Source: Hyphomicrobium sp. (GTDB lineage Bacteria > Pseudomonadota > Alphaproteobacteria > Rhizobiales > Hyphomicrobiaceae). From it: a stretch of DNA of 64,000 nt. Below are positions 49,926 through 59,672 of the stretch, piece by piece. The DNA lies in the NCBI GenBank assembly GCA_030148725.1, contig JASBSU010000003.1, positions 31,553 to 95,552 of the forward strand, given 5' to 3'. The notes under the pieces were generated by a model. That model was not told the DNA's origin. It saw only the letters and a list, made by a program, of their open reading frames with translations, and made no database searches. Made by a program: the position numbers and the translations under genes. Each line of letters starts with the position of its first letter. Position 1 is the first letter of the stretch.

Positions 49926-51731
49926 ATGCCTGCGTTGCTCGCCTCCCTGCGCCGCCCGATCTCCTGCCTCGTCACCTTCGCCATCCTAGCCGGACAGGTC
50001 GCTCCGTCCGCGGCAGAGCCTCTTTCCAAAGCCGAGTACGAAGCGTGCCAGGCGCGCGATGAGGGCGCCTTCCGCACCGCCATTCAAGGCATCTCGGTTC
50101 GGGCTCTGAAGGCCGGCATCGCCAATGTCGACTACCGCACCGCCGTCGGCGACGAGTGGCGCCGCACCGGCATGGACGAGATCATCGATAAGCGCGTCGA
50201 CCTTGCCGTCGAGGAGGTGCGCAAGGAGACGAGCTGGGCCAACCTGCTTCAATCGCTCGCGAGCCAGCAAAAGGCCCAGGAGCTGGCGACCGCCGTCGCC
50301 GAGCGCGTCTATCGCTCGGACGCCATGAAGACCTCGCTGGAACAGCTTGCTGTCGGGGTCGGCCGCGAGATCGGCCGCCAGATGGAGTTCGCCAGCCAGG
50401 ACGCCACCGAGCCGACAGTCGCCTGCCTCAAGGCTTTCGTCGGCGCCCGTTACGGTGAAACCGCAGCCCGCGCCGTCGTTGGGGATGCCAGCAAGGGGAT
50501 CACCGTCGACCCGAACAAGGGCGCCGCGGAGATGTCATCGAGCGCCGTCCTCAAGGAATCAAGCGGCGGCATCGCGGGCGCCGCCGTCCTCCTGATGCGC
50601 CGCCAGCTCTCTAATATGGCGGCGCGCGTCGGCCAGCGCGTCGTGGGGTCCGTCCTCGCCCGCCTCGTATCGGTGGTGGCCGGCGGCGTCGGACTGGTGC
50701 TCATCGCCAAGGATATCTGGGATCTGCGCAACGGCGTCCTCCCGATCATCGCCACCGAGATGAAGTCCACCGAGAACAAGGACAAGGTGAAGGAGGAATT
50801 GGCCAAGACCTTCTCCGAACAGATCTCGGCCCACATCGAAGAGATCGGCGCCGCCACCGCAGACCGCGTCATCGAGATCTGGCGGGATTTCCGCAGTGCC
50901 CATGCGGAAGCTCTAGGCCTTGCTGAGCGCAACCCGAAATTCAAAGCCTTCCTGGACGGCCTGAACCCGACGACGATGCCGCGGCTGGACGAGGTGGTCG
51001 CCCTGACGCTCGCCGCCGAAGGCGAGGCTGGCCTCCTGCGCCGCCTCGATGACGGCACCCTCAATACCGCCGTTAATACTCTTCCGCCGCCGGCCATGGA
51101 TATCGCCCGCGAGATGCGTTCGATCGACACCGGGCTTAAGTGGTCGGCCCTCGCCGGCCAGGATTTGCCGAAGGTCGTCGAACTCAGCCTCTATCGGCGC
51201 ACGACGCCCGACCAGATCAGCCGGCCGACGTTGCAGCGTCTCCTCGCCCTGAACGATCAGCTTGCGATCGTCCGACTTGCGAGCGTCGACCAAGCCGCCC
51301 GCGACACGCTGCTCGAGCTGAACGATTCCGACTTGAAGAACCTTGCGCGCAGCCTCACCGAGAGCGAGCTGTCGAGCCTGTCCCGTTATCTGACCGGCCT
51401 CAAGACCGCCCCCCGGGAGCAGGTGCTCCGCGCCGTAGCCGCCAACCCGGCGGCGATCCACGCCCTGGCATCCGAGCGCGTGCGCACCGCTATCGTCGCC
51501 AGCACCGACCAGGCGGCTGCCGTTACCATGATGCTCCGCACCGGCGGCAACCTCGATGTCGCGGCGATCGGAGAGGACCTGCGCCTCGTGGCCGACGGAC
51601 GCGTCAGCCCCATCCTGATCTGGGAGAAGCACCCCGGCGTCGTGGTTGCCGCGGCCTTGCTTACCCTCATTCTGCTTCTGCTTATGCGTCGTCTGCTGTT
51701 CGCCGGATCTCGCCGCCGCGCTTCCGCCTGA
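49926..51731 (+). CDS. Hypothetical 601-aa helical protein with signal peptide and C-terminal TM anchor
   Basis: Long ORF with strong codon bias and GAAGGA RBS; no family recognised. Confidence 0.75.
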   Translation: MPALLASLRRPISCLVTFAILAGQVAPSAAEPLSKAEYEACQARDEGAFRTAIQGISVRALKAGIANVDYRTAVGDEWRRTGMDEIIDKRVDLAVEEVRKETSWANLLQSLASQQKAQELATAVAERVYRSDAMKTSLEQLAVGVGREIGRQMEFASQDATEPTVACLKAFVGARYGETAARAVVGDASKGITVDPNKGAAEMSSSAVLKESSGGIAGAAVLLMRRQLSNMAARVGQRVVGSVLARLVSVVAGGVGLVLIAKDIWDLRNGVLPIIATEMKSTENKDKVKEELAKTFSEQISAHIEEIGAATADRVIEIWRDFRSAHAEALGLAERNPKFKAFLDGLNPTTMPRLDEVVALTLAAEGEAGLLRRLDDGTLNTAVNTLPPPAMDIAREMRSIDTGLKWSALAGQDLPKVVELSLYRRTTPDQISRPTLQRLLALNDQLAIVRLASVDQAARDTLLELNDSDLKNLARSLTESELSSLSRYLTGLKTAPREQVLRAVAANPAAIHALASERVRTAIVASTDQAAAVTMMLRTGGNLDVAAIGEDLRLVADGRVSPILIWEKHPGVVVAAALLTLILLLLMRRLLFAGSRRRASA

Positions 51732-51911
51732 GACACGCATCCGATGCTGCATCGCACACGCCGCGCGAGCGCGCCATCCCCAGCCTTTTCGCCGCCGCAG
51801 TGTCAGGACGAGTTGCGCCTGCTATAAGCCGACGGGCTTCCGACTCGGCACGATCCGGCCGGAGCTGTGCGCTGCAACATTCGCGCAATGGGCATCTAGG
51901 GGGAATTCGGT

Positions 51912-52088
51912 ATGGCACTCAAAGCGCCTGGCATCCTGACATTCATGCTGTCTGTCATTCTGACGGTCACAGTACTGATCATTAAGTTTTTCGGGGCCGA
52001 GATCCCTTTCATTACCGGCAACGAGTTCTGGGCGCTTCTCGCAGCGCAGATCATTCTCGTCCTCGGCTGCATCATGCGCGGTCTTTAA
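51912..52088 (+). CDS. 58-aa two-TM small membrane protein, missing from the ORF track
   Basis: MALKAPGILTFMLSVILTVTVLIIKFFGAEIPFITGNEFWALLAAQIILVLGCIMRGL; GGGGA RBS-like upstream. Confidence 0.7.
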   Translation: MALKAPGILTFMLSVILTVTVLIIKFFGAEIPFITGNEFWALLAAQIILVLGCIMRGL

Positions 52089-52181
52089 AATTGTTCTTGT
52101 TTGAAGGCATCTGTGTGCGCTTCTGTCGCGCGGCACTCAGCGCTCTGGTTTGACGACTGCGATCGCCCGATCTTCCGCGCC

Positions 52182-52364
52182 ATGAAGTGGAAACTCGAGC
52201 AGTTCGATTCATACGCCGACCGCGTTCGTCGCTCGTCGCGCGAGATCGTCATCGCCGCAGTGCTGACTGTTGCTGCGTGTGCGTTCCTGCTTGCCGCAAC
52301 GGTGGGAAGCGCTGTTGGTCCCAAGGTGGGCTCGGTAGCGTCCGAGCAGACGATCATCAAATAG
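52182..52364 (+). CDS. 60-aa single-TM small protein
   Basis: MKWKLEQFDSYADRVRRSSREIVIAAVLTVAACAFLLAATVG...; terminator directly after the stop. Confidence 0.55.
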   Translation: MKWKLEQFDSYADRVRRSSREIVIAAVLTVAACAFLLAATVGSAVGPKVGSVASEQTIIK

Positions 52365-52365
52365 C

Positions 52366-52394
52366 AAACCGCGCGCCTCGGGCGCGCGGTTTTC
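52366..52394. terminator. Bidirectional terminator
   Basis: AAACCGCGCGCC-tcg-GGCGCGCGGTTTT. Confidence 0.8.
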
Positions 52395-52413
52395 CTTCAA
52401 TCCTCAATGTGTC

Positions 52414-54267
52414 TCACGCGGGAACGTCGACTCGTTCGGCGCGCATCAGTCCGCGCACCGAGTTGCCGAGATAGACCGCATCAGCGGCTTCGAGATCGGC
52501 GAGCGTCAACACCGCTTCGCGTACTCGTCCCTGCGCGATCAATTCCGCGCGTAGCGTTCCCGGCAAAAGCCCAGCGCCAAGCTCGGGCGTCAGAAGTTCG
52601 CCACCGCGCTCGATGAACAGCGTGGTGAAGCTTCCCTCGGTCAGCTCGCCGCGCTCATTCGAATAGATGACCTCATCGCTTCCGACCCGCGCCTGATACT
52701 CCTGACGCTCGCGGTCGTAGACCTCGCGTCGCGTGGTCTTGTGGAAGAGGAACAGATCCGCACTGTCCATCCTCGTCGACGACACGGCAAACCGCATCAC
52801 CGCCTTGGCATCGGCGGCTGGCAACGGCGTCGTCGTCACCGTGATGGTGCCATCCTCCGTCAGCAGCAACCGCACGCGCAAACGTTCCGTCTTCCCAGCC
52901 ACGGCATCCGATAGCGCACCACGCACCGCCGCCTCGTCGTAGACGAACGCGAAATATCGCGATGAGTTGGCGAGCCGCTCGATGTGCCGCTCGAGCAGCA
53001 CGTAGCCGCCGTCATTGGGATCGAACAGCAGCGTCTCGATCAGCTCGAAGCGCTTCACCGGATCGGTGAGGAACTTCATCTTGAGAAGGCACTCGGCGTA
53101 TTCTTTCGTCCCTTGGGAATCGAACACGACACCCGAGCCGATACCCATCTCGCCATCGGCATTGCGCGCGATGACCGCGGTGCGGATCGCCACGTTGAAC
53201 AGCGAGCGCCCCTGCGGAGAGATGTAGCCGATAGCCCCGCAATAGACGCCGCGCGGCTCCGTTTCGAGCTGCCGGATCAGCTCCTGGGCGCGGATCTTCG
53301 GCGCCCCGATCACCGAGCCTGGCGGGAAGATCGCGCGCATCAGATCGTAGATTCCGACGCCCTCGTTGAGCGTCGCCCGCACGCCTGAGGTCATCTGATG
53401 CAGCGTCTTGTAGGTCTCGACGGTGAAAATATCCGTCACCTCGACGCTGCCGATCTCGGAGATACGCCCGATGTCGTTGCGCATGAGATCGACGATCATC
53501 AGGTTCTCGGCGCGCTGCTTCACGTCCTCAGCGAGCTGCCGGCGTGCCACCGCATCGGCCTCCTCGGTGCCGGCGCGTGGCGCAGTGCCCTTCATCGGCC
53601 GTGTGAAGATCGTGCGCCCTTCCTGCTCGATGAACAGCTCCGGCGACGCTGACAGCACCGTCACCGCGCCCGTATCGACGATGCCGCCATAGGCGACGCG
53701 CTGCTTCTGCCGCAGGTCGAGGAAGAAGGTCAGCGGCGATCCGGAAAGTTTGAAGCGCGCCTTGAACGTGAGATTGAGCTGGTAGATGTCGCCGGCGCGG
53801 ATCTTCTCGATGACCTCGTTGAAGCGCTCGACGTATTCCGCCTCGCTCCACGACAGCGACACGTCGGTGAAGCGGAAAGACCCCGAACGCGTATGCGTCG
53901 CCAGCCAGTGCTCGACCTCGACGCTCGTCATATCAGCAGGCGACTTGTAGAGCCCGATCCACAGCAGCGGCACGTTGCGATTGTCGGGCAGCAGCGGCCG
54001 CAGCTTCGGCTCCAGCACATAGCCGAGCTCGTAAGCGAAGAACCCCGCCGCGTAGAGCCCGCTGGCGACGCCATCCTCGATGCGCTTCAAGGCCGCCGGC
54101 ACCTCCTCCGGCGTATTGGCCGAGATGACGTCGACGGGATCGGAGAACAGCAGAGACGGCGGCCCGGACCCCGAGTTGTTGTCGAGCAGGACGAACGTCT
54201 GCGAGAGCGCGGCAACGTCCTCGGACGAACGCATCGCGCCTCCCGGCGTGGACTTTGGCAATGTCAT
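52414..54267 (-). CDS. pabB: Aminodeoxychorismate synthase component I fused to a class IV aminotransferase/ADC-lyase domain
   Basis: GDIYQLN, SPELF, PMKGT, AENLMIVDLMRND, GSVIGAPKIRA, C-terminal HKTT.R, NERGELTEG, GLLPGT.R. Confidence 0.9.
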   Translation of the reverse strand: MTLPKSTPGGAMRSSEDVAALSQTFVLLDNNSGSGPPSLLFSDPVDVISANTPEEVPAALKRIEDGVASGLYAAGFFAYELGYVLEPKLRPLLPDNRNVPLLWIGLYKSPADMTSVEVEHWLATHTRSGSFRFTDVSLSWSEAEYVERFNEVIEKIRAGDIYQLNLTFKARFKLSGSPLTFFLDLRQKQRVAYGGIVDTGAVTVLSASPELFIEQEGRTIFTRPMKGTAPRAGTEEADAVARRQLAEDVKQRAENLMIVDLMRNDIGRISEIGSVEVTDIFTVETYKTLHQMTSGVRATLNEGVGIYDLMRAIFPPGSVIGAPKIRAQELIRQLETEPRGVYCGAIGYISPQGRSLFNVAIRTAVIARNADGEMGIGSGVVFDSQGTKEYAECLLKMKFLTDPVKRFELIETLLFDPNDGGYVLLERHIERLANSSRYFAFVYDEAAVRGALSDAVAGKTERLRVRLLLTEDGTITVTTTPLPAADAKAVMRFAVSSTRMDSADLFLFHKTTRREVYDRERQEYQARVGSDEVIYSNERGELTEGSFTTLFIERGGELLTPELGAGLLPGTLRAELIAQGRVREAVLTLADLEAADAVYLGNSVRGLMRAERVDVPA

Positions 54268-55754
54268 TGCCCCTTGTACCCCGCCAGCGAATAGAACGTC
54301 ACATCCCGTGAGGCATTCTTCCCCGCCGGCAGCGTGCGCACGGCGACCTTTTCAACAGTCGTGAACGACGGCGCGGCGCCACCTGGCCCGTTATCCGCGC
54401 GCACAAGCAGAACCGGCGATGGCGTCGATGCCGTGAAAGGCCGCGTCAGCTCGAAGTGGTCGTGCGGCGCCCCCTCGCGCCAGGCGAGCACCGGCGTCGG
54501 CTCCTCGCGCATGTAATAGAGCAGCTCCGCCGTCAGCGCGCGATCATCACTCAGCACCGCCGCGAACGGTTTTCCGGCCGCCGCGGCCTTGGCGAGCTCC
54601 TGCCGTGTTGCGTCGGCGATCTCGCGCCAGCCGAGCGTACGGGCGAAGGGATCGGACTTCACCGGAAGCTCGAGCCGCCCCGCCGTCGATGTCCCGAACA
54701 CGAGCAGCAGGATGATCACCCCGTGCAGCACGAACGACGCCTTGAGCCATCCCCACGCGCCATCGCGCACCATCGTCGCAACGACCAGCACGCTGGCAGC
54801 GACGTACGCCGGCGCCGCCCAGTTGGCATGCGCGCGCGACAGAAAAGCCTGCACCAGAATGACAGTGATGAGCGGAACCGAGAACGCCAGAAGCATACGG
54901 TCGGGGTCGCTGGGGCGCACGCGCCAGGCCCGCCACACGATGACCAGGAAGGCCGCAAACAGGATCGGCCCGAACACCCCGAACTGCGCGCCGAAGAATT
55001 CCAGCGCCTTGTTGGGATTTAGCAGCGACCCGCCCCAGTTGGCGTTCTCGGCCGTATGCGCGAACGTCGCGAACTTGTGGGAGGCGTTCCAGACGAGATT
55101 GGGCGCGATCATCGCCGCACCGATCACCAGGGCGAGGTAGAGCCGCCAATCGCGCAGAATCCCCCGGCGCGCGGGCGCCACCGCCAGATAGATCGCCGCG
55201 CAGGCGATGAACCACGCCATCGCGTACTTGGCGTTGAGGCCCGCACCCAACGCCACGCCCAAAAGCAGCGCCGGCCATAGATCATCGCTCTCCAGCAGCG
55301 CCGAAAAGCCGACCAGCGCCAGCGCCCAGCAGAGCAGCAGCGGCACATCGGTGGAGATGATGCCGGCCGAAAGCGACACCCCCGGCAACGTCGCGAAGGC
55401 CAGCCCCGATAACGCGCCAATCCGACTGTCGTACAGGCGGCTGCCGAGCCAGTACACCGCCAGCGCCGTTGCGGTATGCAGCACCGGCGACGGCAGGCGC
55501 ACGCACGCCTCCCCCACACCGCAGACCGTGGTCGCGGCGCCGATGAGCCACGCGATCAGCGGCGGCTTCGAGAAATAGCCCAGCGCCGGCTCGGTGCTCC
55601 ACGCCCAATACTGGGCCTCGTCGAAGAAAAGGTCCGTCCCGCTGATATAGAGTGCCAGGAGGCGGACGCACAAAAGCGCCGCCAGCCCGGCAAGAAGCAC
55701 GGCGAACCAATTGTAATCCCGGCTGCGGTCTAAGTGGCCCGAGGCGACTGTCAT
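54264..55754 (-). CDS. ArnT-like GT-C (family 39/83) lipid-phosphate-sugar transferase
   Basis: DEAQYWAW....GYFSKPPL, STDVPLL, KY, PNLVWN; many TM helices. Confidence 0.85.
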   Translation of the reverse strand: MTVASGHLDRSRDYNWFAVLLAGLAALLCVRLLALYISGTDLFFDEAQYWAWSTEPALGYFSKPPLIAWLIGAATTVCGVGEACVRLPSPVLHTATALAVYWLGSRLYDSRIGALSGLAFATLPGVSLSAGIISTDVPLLLCWALALVGFSALLESDDLWPALLLGVALGAGLNAKYAMAWFIACAAIYLAVAPARRGILRDWRLYLALVIGAAMIAPNLVWNASHKFATFAHTAENANWGGSLLNPNKALEFFGAQFGVFGPILFAAFLVIVWRAWRVRPSDPDRMLLAFSVPLITVILVQAFLSRAHANWAAPAYVAASVLVVATMVRDGAWGWLKASFVLHGVIILLLVFGTSTAGRLELPVKSDPFARTLGWREIADATRQELAKAAAAGKPFAAVLSDDRALTAELLYYMREEPTPVLAWREGAPHDHFELTRPFTASTPSPVLLVRADNGPGGAAPSFTTVEKVAVRTLPAGKNASRDVTFYSLAGYKGQ

Positions 55755-55894
55755 TGCGCACTCTGCAAGTGTGCTGAGAGGGATGGGCGGGCGGCGGCGT
55801 CGATCAGCGCCGCCGGCTCATTTACAGGCTTGCGGCGGCCACGGGAAGATGCCCCGGCCAACGAGCTGCCGTTATCTCGCCGCATGGTCCGCCG

Positions 55895-56128
55895 ATGCGC
55901 TGGTTCAGATATGCATTCGCGCTGCTTTTTGCGGGGCTGGGATTATCCTCCCTTGGCCTCTTCTACGATCGCTATTGGCGCTGGCGAGATTGCTTCAACG
56001 AGCTCGGCCGCTGCTTCGATCCCATCTCGCAGGACGTCTACCTGGAGCAGACCGGCCTCGTGTGGGGGACTTTCTACACGCTGTTTTTAGGCACCAGCCT
56101 CGTGCTTCTTATCCGCCGACGCCCTTAA
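55895..56128 (+). CDS. 77-aa two-TM small membrane protein with a Cys pair
   Basis: TM-YWRWRDCFNELGRCFD-TM. Confidence 0.65.
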   Translation: MRWFRYAFALLFAGLGLSSLGLFYDRYWRWRDCFNELGRCFDPISQDVYLEQTGLVWGTFYTLFLGTSLVLLIRRRP

Positions 56129-56249
56129 ATCTGGGGGCGCACCGAATTTACTAGGTTGGTAGACAACTCAGAAGACGGGTATCCTTGCCGCGGCCGAGCG
56201 TTTATGAGGAAGGTCGTCGCGGCGAGTCCTGGTGGGATAGGGGCACTTG

Positions 56250-57059
56250 ATGCGCGTCACCGTGGTCATTCCAGCATTGAATGAGGCAGGCAACATCGGC
56301 CGCCTCATCGAGGAAACGTACGCCGCCGTTCCGGCGCAGCGTCTCGCGGAGGTCATCGTCGTCGACGATGCCAGCGTCGACGACACGCCGGGCGAGATCA
56401 AGGCGCTGATCGCATCGGGCAAACACCCCGGCCTCCGTTACCTGCGCCATCAGGTCCGTAGCGGCCAGAGCTGCGCGCTCCGTTCCGGTGTGCTGGCAGC
56501 GACGAGCCCAATCATCGCCACCATGGACGGTGACGGCCAGAACGACCCCAAGGACATCCCGAACCTTCTCGATGCTCTTGCCGCCCCCGGCACCGACGGT
56601 CCGGCCCTCGTCAACGGCTGGCGCAAGGACCGCAAGGATACCGGCTCCAAGCGTTGGGCCTCGCGCGCCGCCAACAGCATTCGCGACGCGGTCCTGAAGG
56701 ACAACTGCCCGGATACGGGCTGCGGCATCAAGGTCTACTGGCGCGAGGTATTCCTGCGTCTGCCGTTCTTCACCAGTATGCACCGCTACATGCCGGCGCT
56801 GTTTCAGACCTACGGCTATGAAGTCGCCTACGTGCCGGTGAACGACCGTCCGCGACAGGCCGGCGTCTCCAAATACAACAACCTCAATCGCGCCCTCGTC
56901 GGCCTCTATGACCTCGTCGGCGTGACATGGCTGCGCAAGCGCACCAAGGTGCCGCAGATCGCGGAACGCTATCCGGCGCAGACAATCGCGGAGATCGCCT
57001 CGCGGCTCAAACCCGTCAACGACGATGGCGCCAGAGCCAGCGCCGGCGATAAAAGCTGA
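56250..57059 (+). CDS. GT2 polyprenol-phosphate glycosyltransferase (ArnC/RgtE-like)
   Basis: VVIPALNEAGNI, VVDDASVD, GQS.AL..G, DGDGQND, DTGCGIK, HRYMPAL. Confidence 0.88.
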   Translation: MRVTVVIPALNEAGNIGRLIEETYAAVPAQRLAEVIVVDDASVDDTPGEIKALIASGKHPGLRYLRHQVRSGQSCALRSGVLAATSPIIATMDGDGQNDPKDIPNLLDALAAPGTDGPALVNGWRKDRKDTGSKRWASRAANSIRDAVLKDNCPDTGCGIKVYWREVFLRLPFFTSMHRYMPALFQTYGYEVAYVPVNDRPRQAGVSKYNNLNRALVGLYDLVGVTWLRKRTKVPQIAERYPAQTIAEIASRLKPVNDDGARASAGDKS

Positions 57060-57096
57060 TGACTCAGAACACAGCATCCAATCGGGATTGATCGCT

Positions 57097-57474
57097 ATGG
57101 AGTACCTCCATCACGCCGCTGACCTGCTCGGCAATTGGTGGCTGTCCACGCCGACCAGCGAGAAGGTCTGGCTCGGGCTCGGCTTCCTGGCTCAGCTGAT
57201 GTTCTCGATGCGCTTCATCGTCCAGTGGATCGCCAGTGAGCGCGCGCGCCGCTCCATCGTGCCCGAGACATTCTGGTATTTCAGCCTCGTCGGCGGGGCG
57301 ATGCTGTTCGCCTACGCGATCTACCGCATGGATCCGGTGTTCATGCTCGGCCAGGGCATGGGCCTCATCATCTACAGCCGCAACATCTACTTTATCCGCG
57401 AGCACCATCGCAGCATTGCCAACGACACCGCGGCGCCGGCGACCGCAACAGCAGCCGGCCCGGGCGCTCCCTGA
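57097..57474 (+). CDS. Lipid A biosynthesis N-terminal-domain (LAB_N) protein
   Basis: GFLAQLMFSMRFIVQW.ASE....S.VP..FWYFSL.GG..L..YAI.R.DPVF..GQ..Y.RN. Confidence 0.88.
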   Translation: MEYLHHAADLLGNWWLSTPTSEKVWLGLGFLAQLMFSMRFIVQWIASERARRSIVPETFWYFSLVGGAMLFAYAIYRMDPVFMLGQGMGLIIYSRNIYFIREHHRSIANDTAAPATATAAGPGAP

Positions 57475-57497
57475 CCAGAGTACCCGTCAACACGTGA

Positions 57498-57992
57498 TTA
57501 TTCGCTCAACTCGCGCTGCGTCTGCTCCTCGCCTTTGGTGCCGCCCAGCGCCTCCAGCCAGCGCACGGCGACGAGGATGATCGCGGCCAGCGCCGTCGCC
57601 ATGACGGCAATGATCCCGTAGCCCGCGCCGCAGGCAACACCGATCGCGCCCGCGAGCCACAAGCCCGCGCCTGTCGTCAGTCCTTGCACATCGCCGCGCG
57701 AGCGAAAAATGGCGCCCGCGGCGAGAAACGCGACGCCGGCTGTCACGGCCTCGATGATACGAATAGGATCGGTGCTCGGCGCACCCGCCTGCCGCGTGAC
57801 ATCCGCATGGATCTCGGCGGTGATGATCGTGAACAGCGCAGCGGCGAGCGCGACCAGCATGTGTGTGCGCAGTCCGGCCGGGCGTGCGAGCTGCTCGCGC
57901 TCGAACCCGATGACCGCACCCAGCGTCACCGCCAGCAGAAGCCGCAACGCGATCATACCCTCCGACAAACTCGTGGTGAGCGGATCGAACAT
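57498..57992 (-). CDS. MgtC/SapB family protein
   Basis: GAVIGFERE...RPAGLRTHMLV, DP.RI...V..GV.FL.AG, V.GLTT.A.LW. Confidence 0.9.
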   Translation of the reverse strand: MFDPLTTSLSEGMIALRLLLAVTLGAVIGFEREQLARPAGLRTHMLVALAAALFTIITAEIHADVTRQAGAPSTDPIRIIEAVTAGVAFLAAGAIFRSRGDVQGLTTGAGLWLAGAIGVACGAGYGIIAVMATALAAIILVAVRWLEALGGTKGEEQTQRELSE

Positions 57993-58118
57993 GGGACTAT
58001 CCCTTTGCCGGACTTGAAGCGGTGCTGCACTTCCCAATACTCAGGAATGGCGCGCAGCGGTACCGGCGACCAAACGCCCATCCTGGGCATAAGGTTGCCT
58101 GCACCTTGAAGGTCGGGC

Positions 58119-58146
58119 TTCACAGCCGGGTTTTTTGTGCTATAAG
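58119..58146 (+). promoter_or_regulatory. Possible sigma70 promoter of the tRNA
   Basis: TTCACA-N16-TATAAG about 120 nt upstream of the tRNA. Confidence 0.4.
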
Positions 58147-58263
58147 CCGCCCCTCGAAGCCGCTCGGCCACGAGCGGCTTTTCTCTTCGCCCCAATGAAT
58201 TAGGGCGATTTGGCTTCCCGCAGACGATGACATCGTTGCTGCTGCGGGGAGTTTCGTCGGTGA

Positions 58264-58340
<77 letters not shown>

Positions 58341-58440
58341 ACGAATTTGCACGGTAGCTCGTGCCGTTTGCTGGAGGTGGCACCAGCCACCATAATCCCA
58401 AAGCCGACAAGCCGGACCGGTCAGCGCTTCAGCTTCAGTA

Positions 58441-58578
58441 TCAGCCGGGCTCTCGGCGCCACGCGGCACCGCAGGACAGGCATTCGCATTCGCCCGTCCA
58501 CGGCGCTGAAATAACCTCGCGCCCATGCCAGCCCAAACGGCAGCACACCGAGCGGAACCACCGCTGAATACGCATCAT
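58441..58578 (-). CDS. 45-aa Cys/His small protein (prophage DUF1660-like pattern)
   Basis: MMRIQRWFRSVCCRLGWHGREVISAPWTGECECLSCGAAWRREPG; GGAG upstream. Confidence 0.4.
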   Translation of the reverse strand: MMRIQRWFRSVCCRLGWHGREVISAPWTGECECLSCGAAWRREPG

Positions 58579-58668
58579 ATCGCGTTCGCTCCAGCTGCCC
58601 GTACGCAGCCGCATCGCAATGTGGACGCGGGCGGCCACCATCTTAGGCCATGCCCCGCGCCGGTCGAG

Positions 58669-58800
58669 TCACATCGACCATACGTAGGCCGCGCCGATCA
58701 GCGCCAGCATGACGGCCAGCGTGACGGCCTGCCCCAGCAGCAGACAGTCCTCGCCCCGCACGCGCGCAGTCTGACCATTCCGTCGTGACGATGTGCCCAC
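58669..58800 (-). CDS. Possible 43-aa small protein with a C-terminal TM
   Basis: GTG start with G-rich RBS; C-terminal LLLGQAVTLAVMLALIGAAYVWSM. Confidence 0.3.
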   Translation of the reverse strand: MGTSSRRNGQTARVRGEDCLLLGQAVTLAVMLALIGAAYVWSM

Positions 58801-58811
58801 GTCCCAACCCC

Positions 58812-59672
58812 CTACGCAGGATGCCGAACGACGCGGCGCAACGTGTTGTTCGACAGGCAAGACAGCCAATCCGACAAGCCGAGGCGACGCATATTGAACA
58901 TGGCAGCCAATGGCGTGTGCAACGGATTGCCGGTCCAGCAGTGCGGCTTTGGAACCGGAAATCCCCGACGCCCGCGTGAGTGGTCGCCGATCAGGTGGAT
59001 GGAGGAACCGAACCTGATATCGGCGCAGACGATACGCCGCGACAGCCCATAGATCTCAAGCTTGAAGGCCCAAGGCCGGCGGAAATCGGTATCGATCGGC
59101 CAATAGCGCTTCGAGGGTCGCAGGAACTTCTCAGCTCCTGATCGGCTGATCAGATACCCTGTTGTCGTTGCAGGCACCCGCGAATAGCGCACCAGCGAGA
59201 GGCCACAATCCAGCTTCGCCACGACCTTCGTCGCGCGGCACGGATCCTGGCAGATATGAACCAGATCCCACCCGTCCGGCAGATGCTCCAGTATATCCGC
59301 GAGTTCGTCCCCGATATCAGGAGAAAGCATCGCGTCGTCTTCCAGGATTAGCGCGTGCGGCAAGCCGCGATCGACGACCGTCTGCATCGTCATCAGGTGG
59401 CTCGCATAACAGCCGACCTCACCCGGAGTGAGCGATGAGTGCAGCGCTCCGCTGGAAAAGAAGTACGAGCGCAACTCGGATGGCACGAGAACCCCCTCGA
59501 CCGCCTCGATACGCTCGCCGTCGAAACCGAGGTGACAGAGAGCGCGCTCTATGCTCGATCGACGATCGAGGTCGCTCTGACGGTTGATGAAGAAGACGGG
59601 CGCAGGCTCGGATTTTTGCGACGAGCCGTCTCTGCAAACGAGCGGCGATTGCCAATCGAAATCGCGAAACAT
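58812..59672 (-). CDS. Glycosyltransferase family 25 (LPS/LOS-type)
   Basis: FIN...DRR, R.EAV.G, GEVGCYASH, LILEDDA, T.GYLIS..GA, PID; start approximate. Confidence 0.85.
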   Translation of the reverse strand: MFRDFDWQSPLVCRDGSSQKSEPAPVFFINRQSDLDRRSSIERALCHLGFDGERIEAVEGVLVPSELRSYFFSSGALHSSLTPGEVGCYASHLMTMQTVVDRGLPHALILEDDAMLSPDIGDELADILEHLPDGWDLVHICQDPCRATKVVAKLDCGLSLVRYSRVPATTTGYLISRSGAEKFLRPSKRYWPIDTDFRRPWAFKLEIYGLSRRIVCADIRFGSSIHLIGDHSRGRRGFPVPKPHCWTGNPLHTPLAAMFNMRRLGLSDWLSCLSNNTLRRVVRHPA

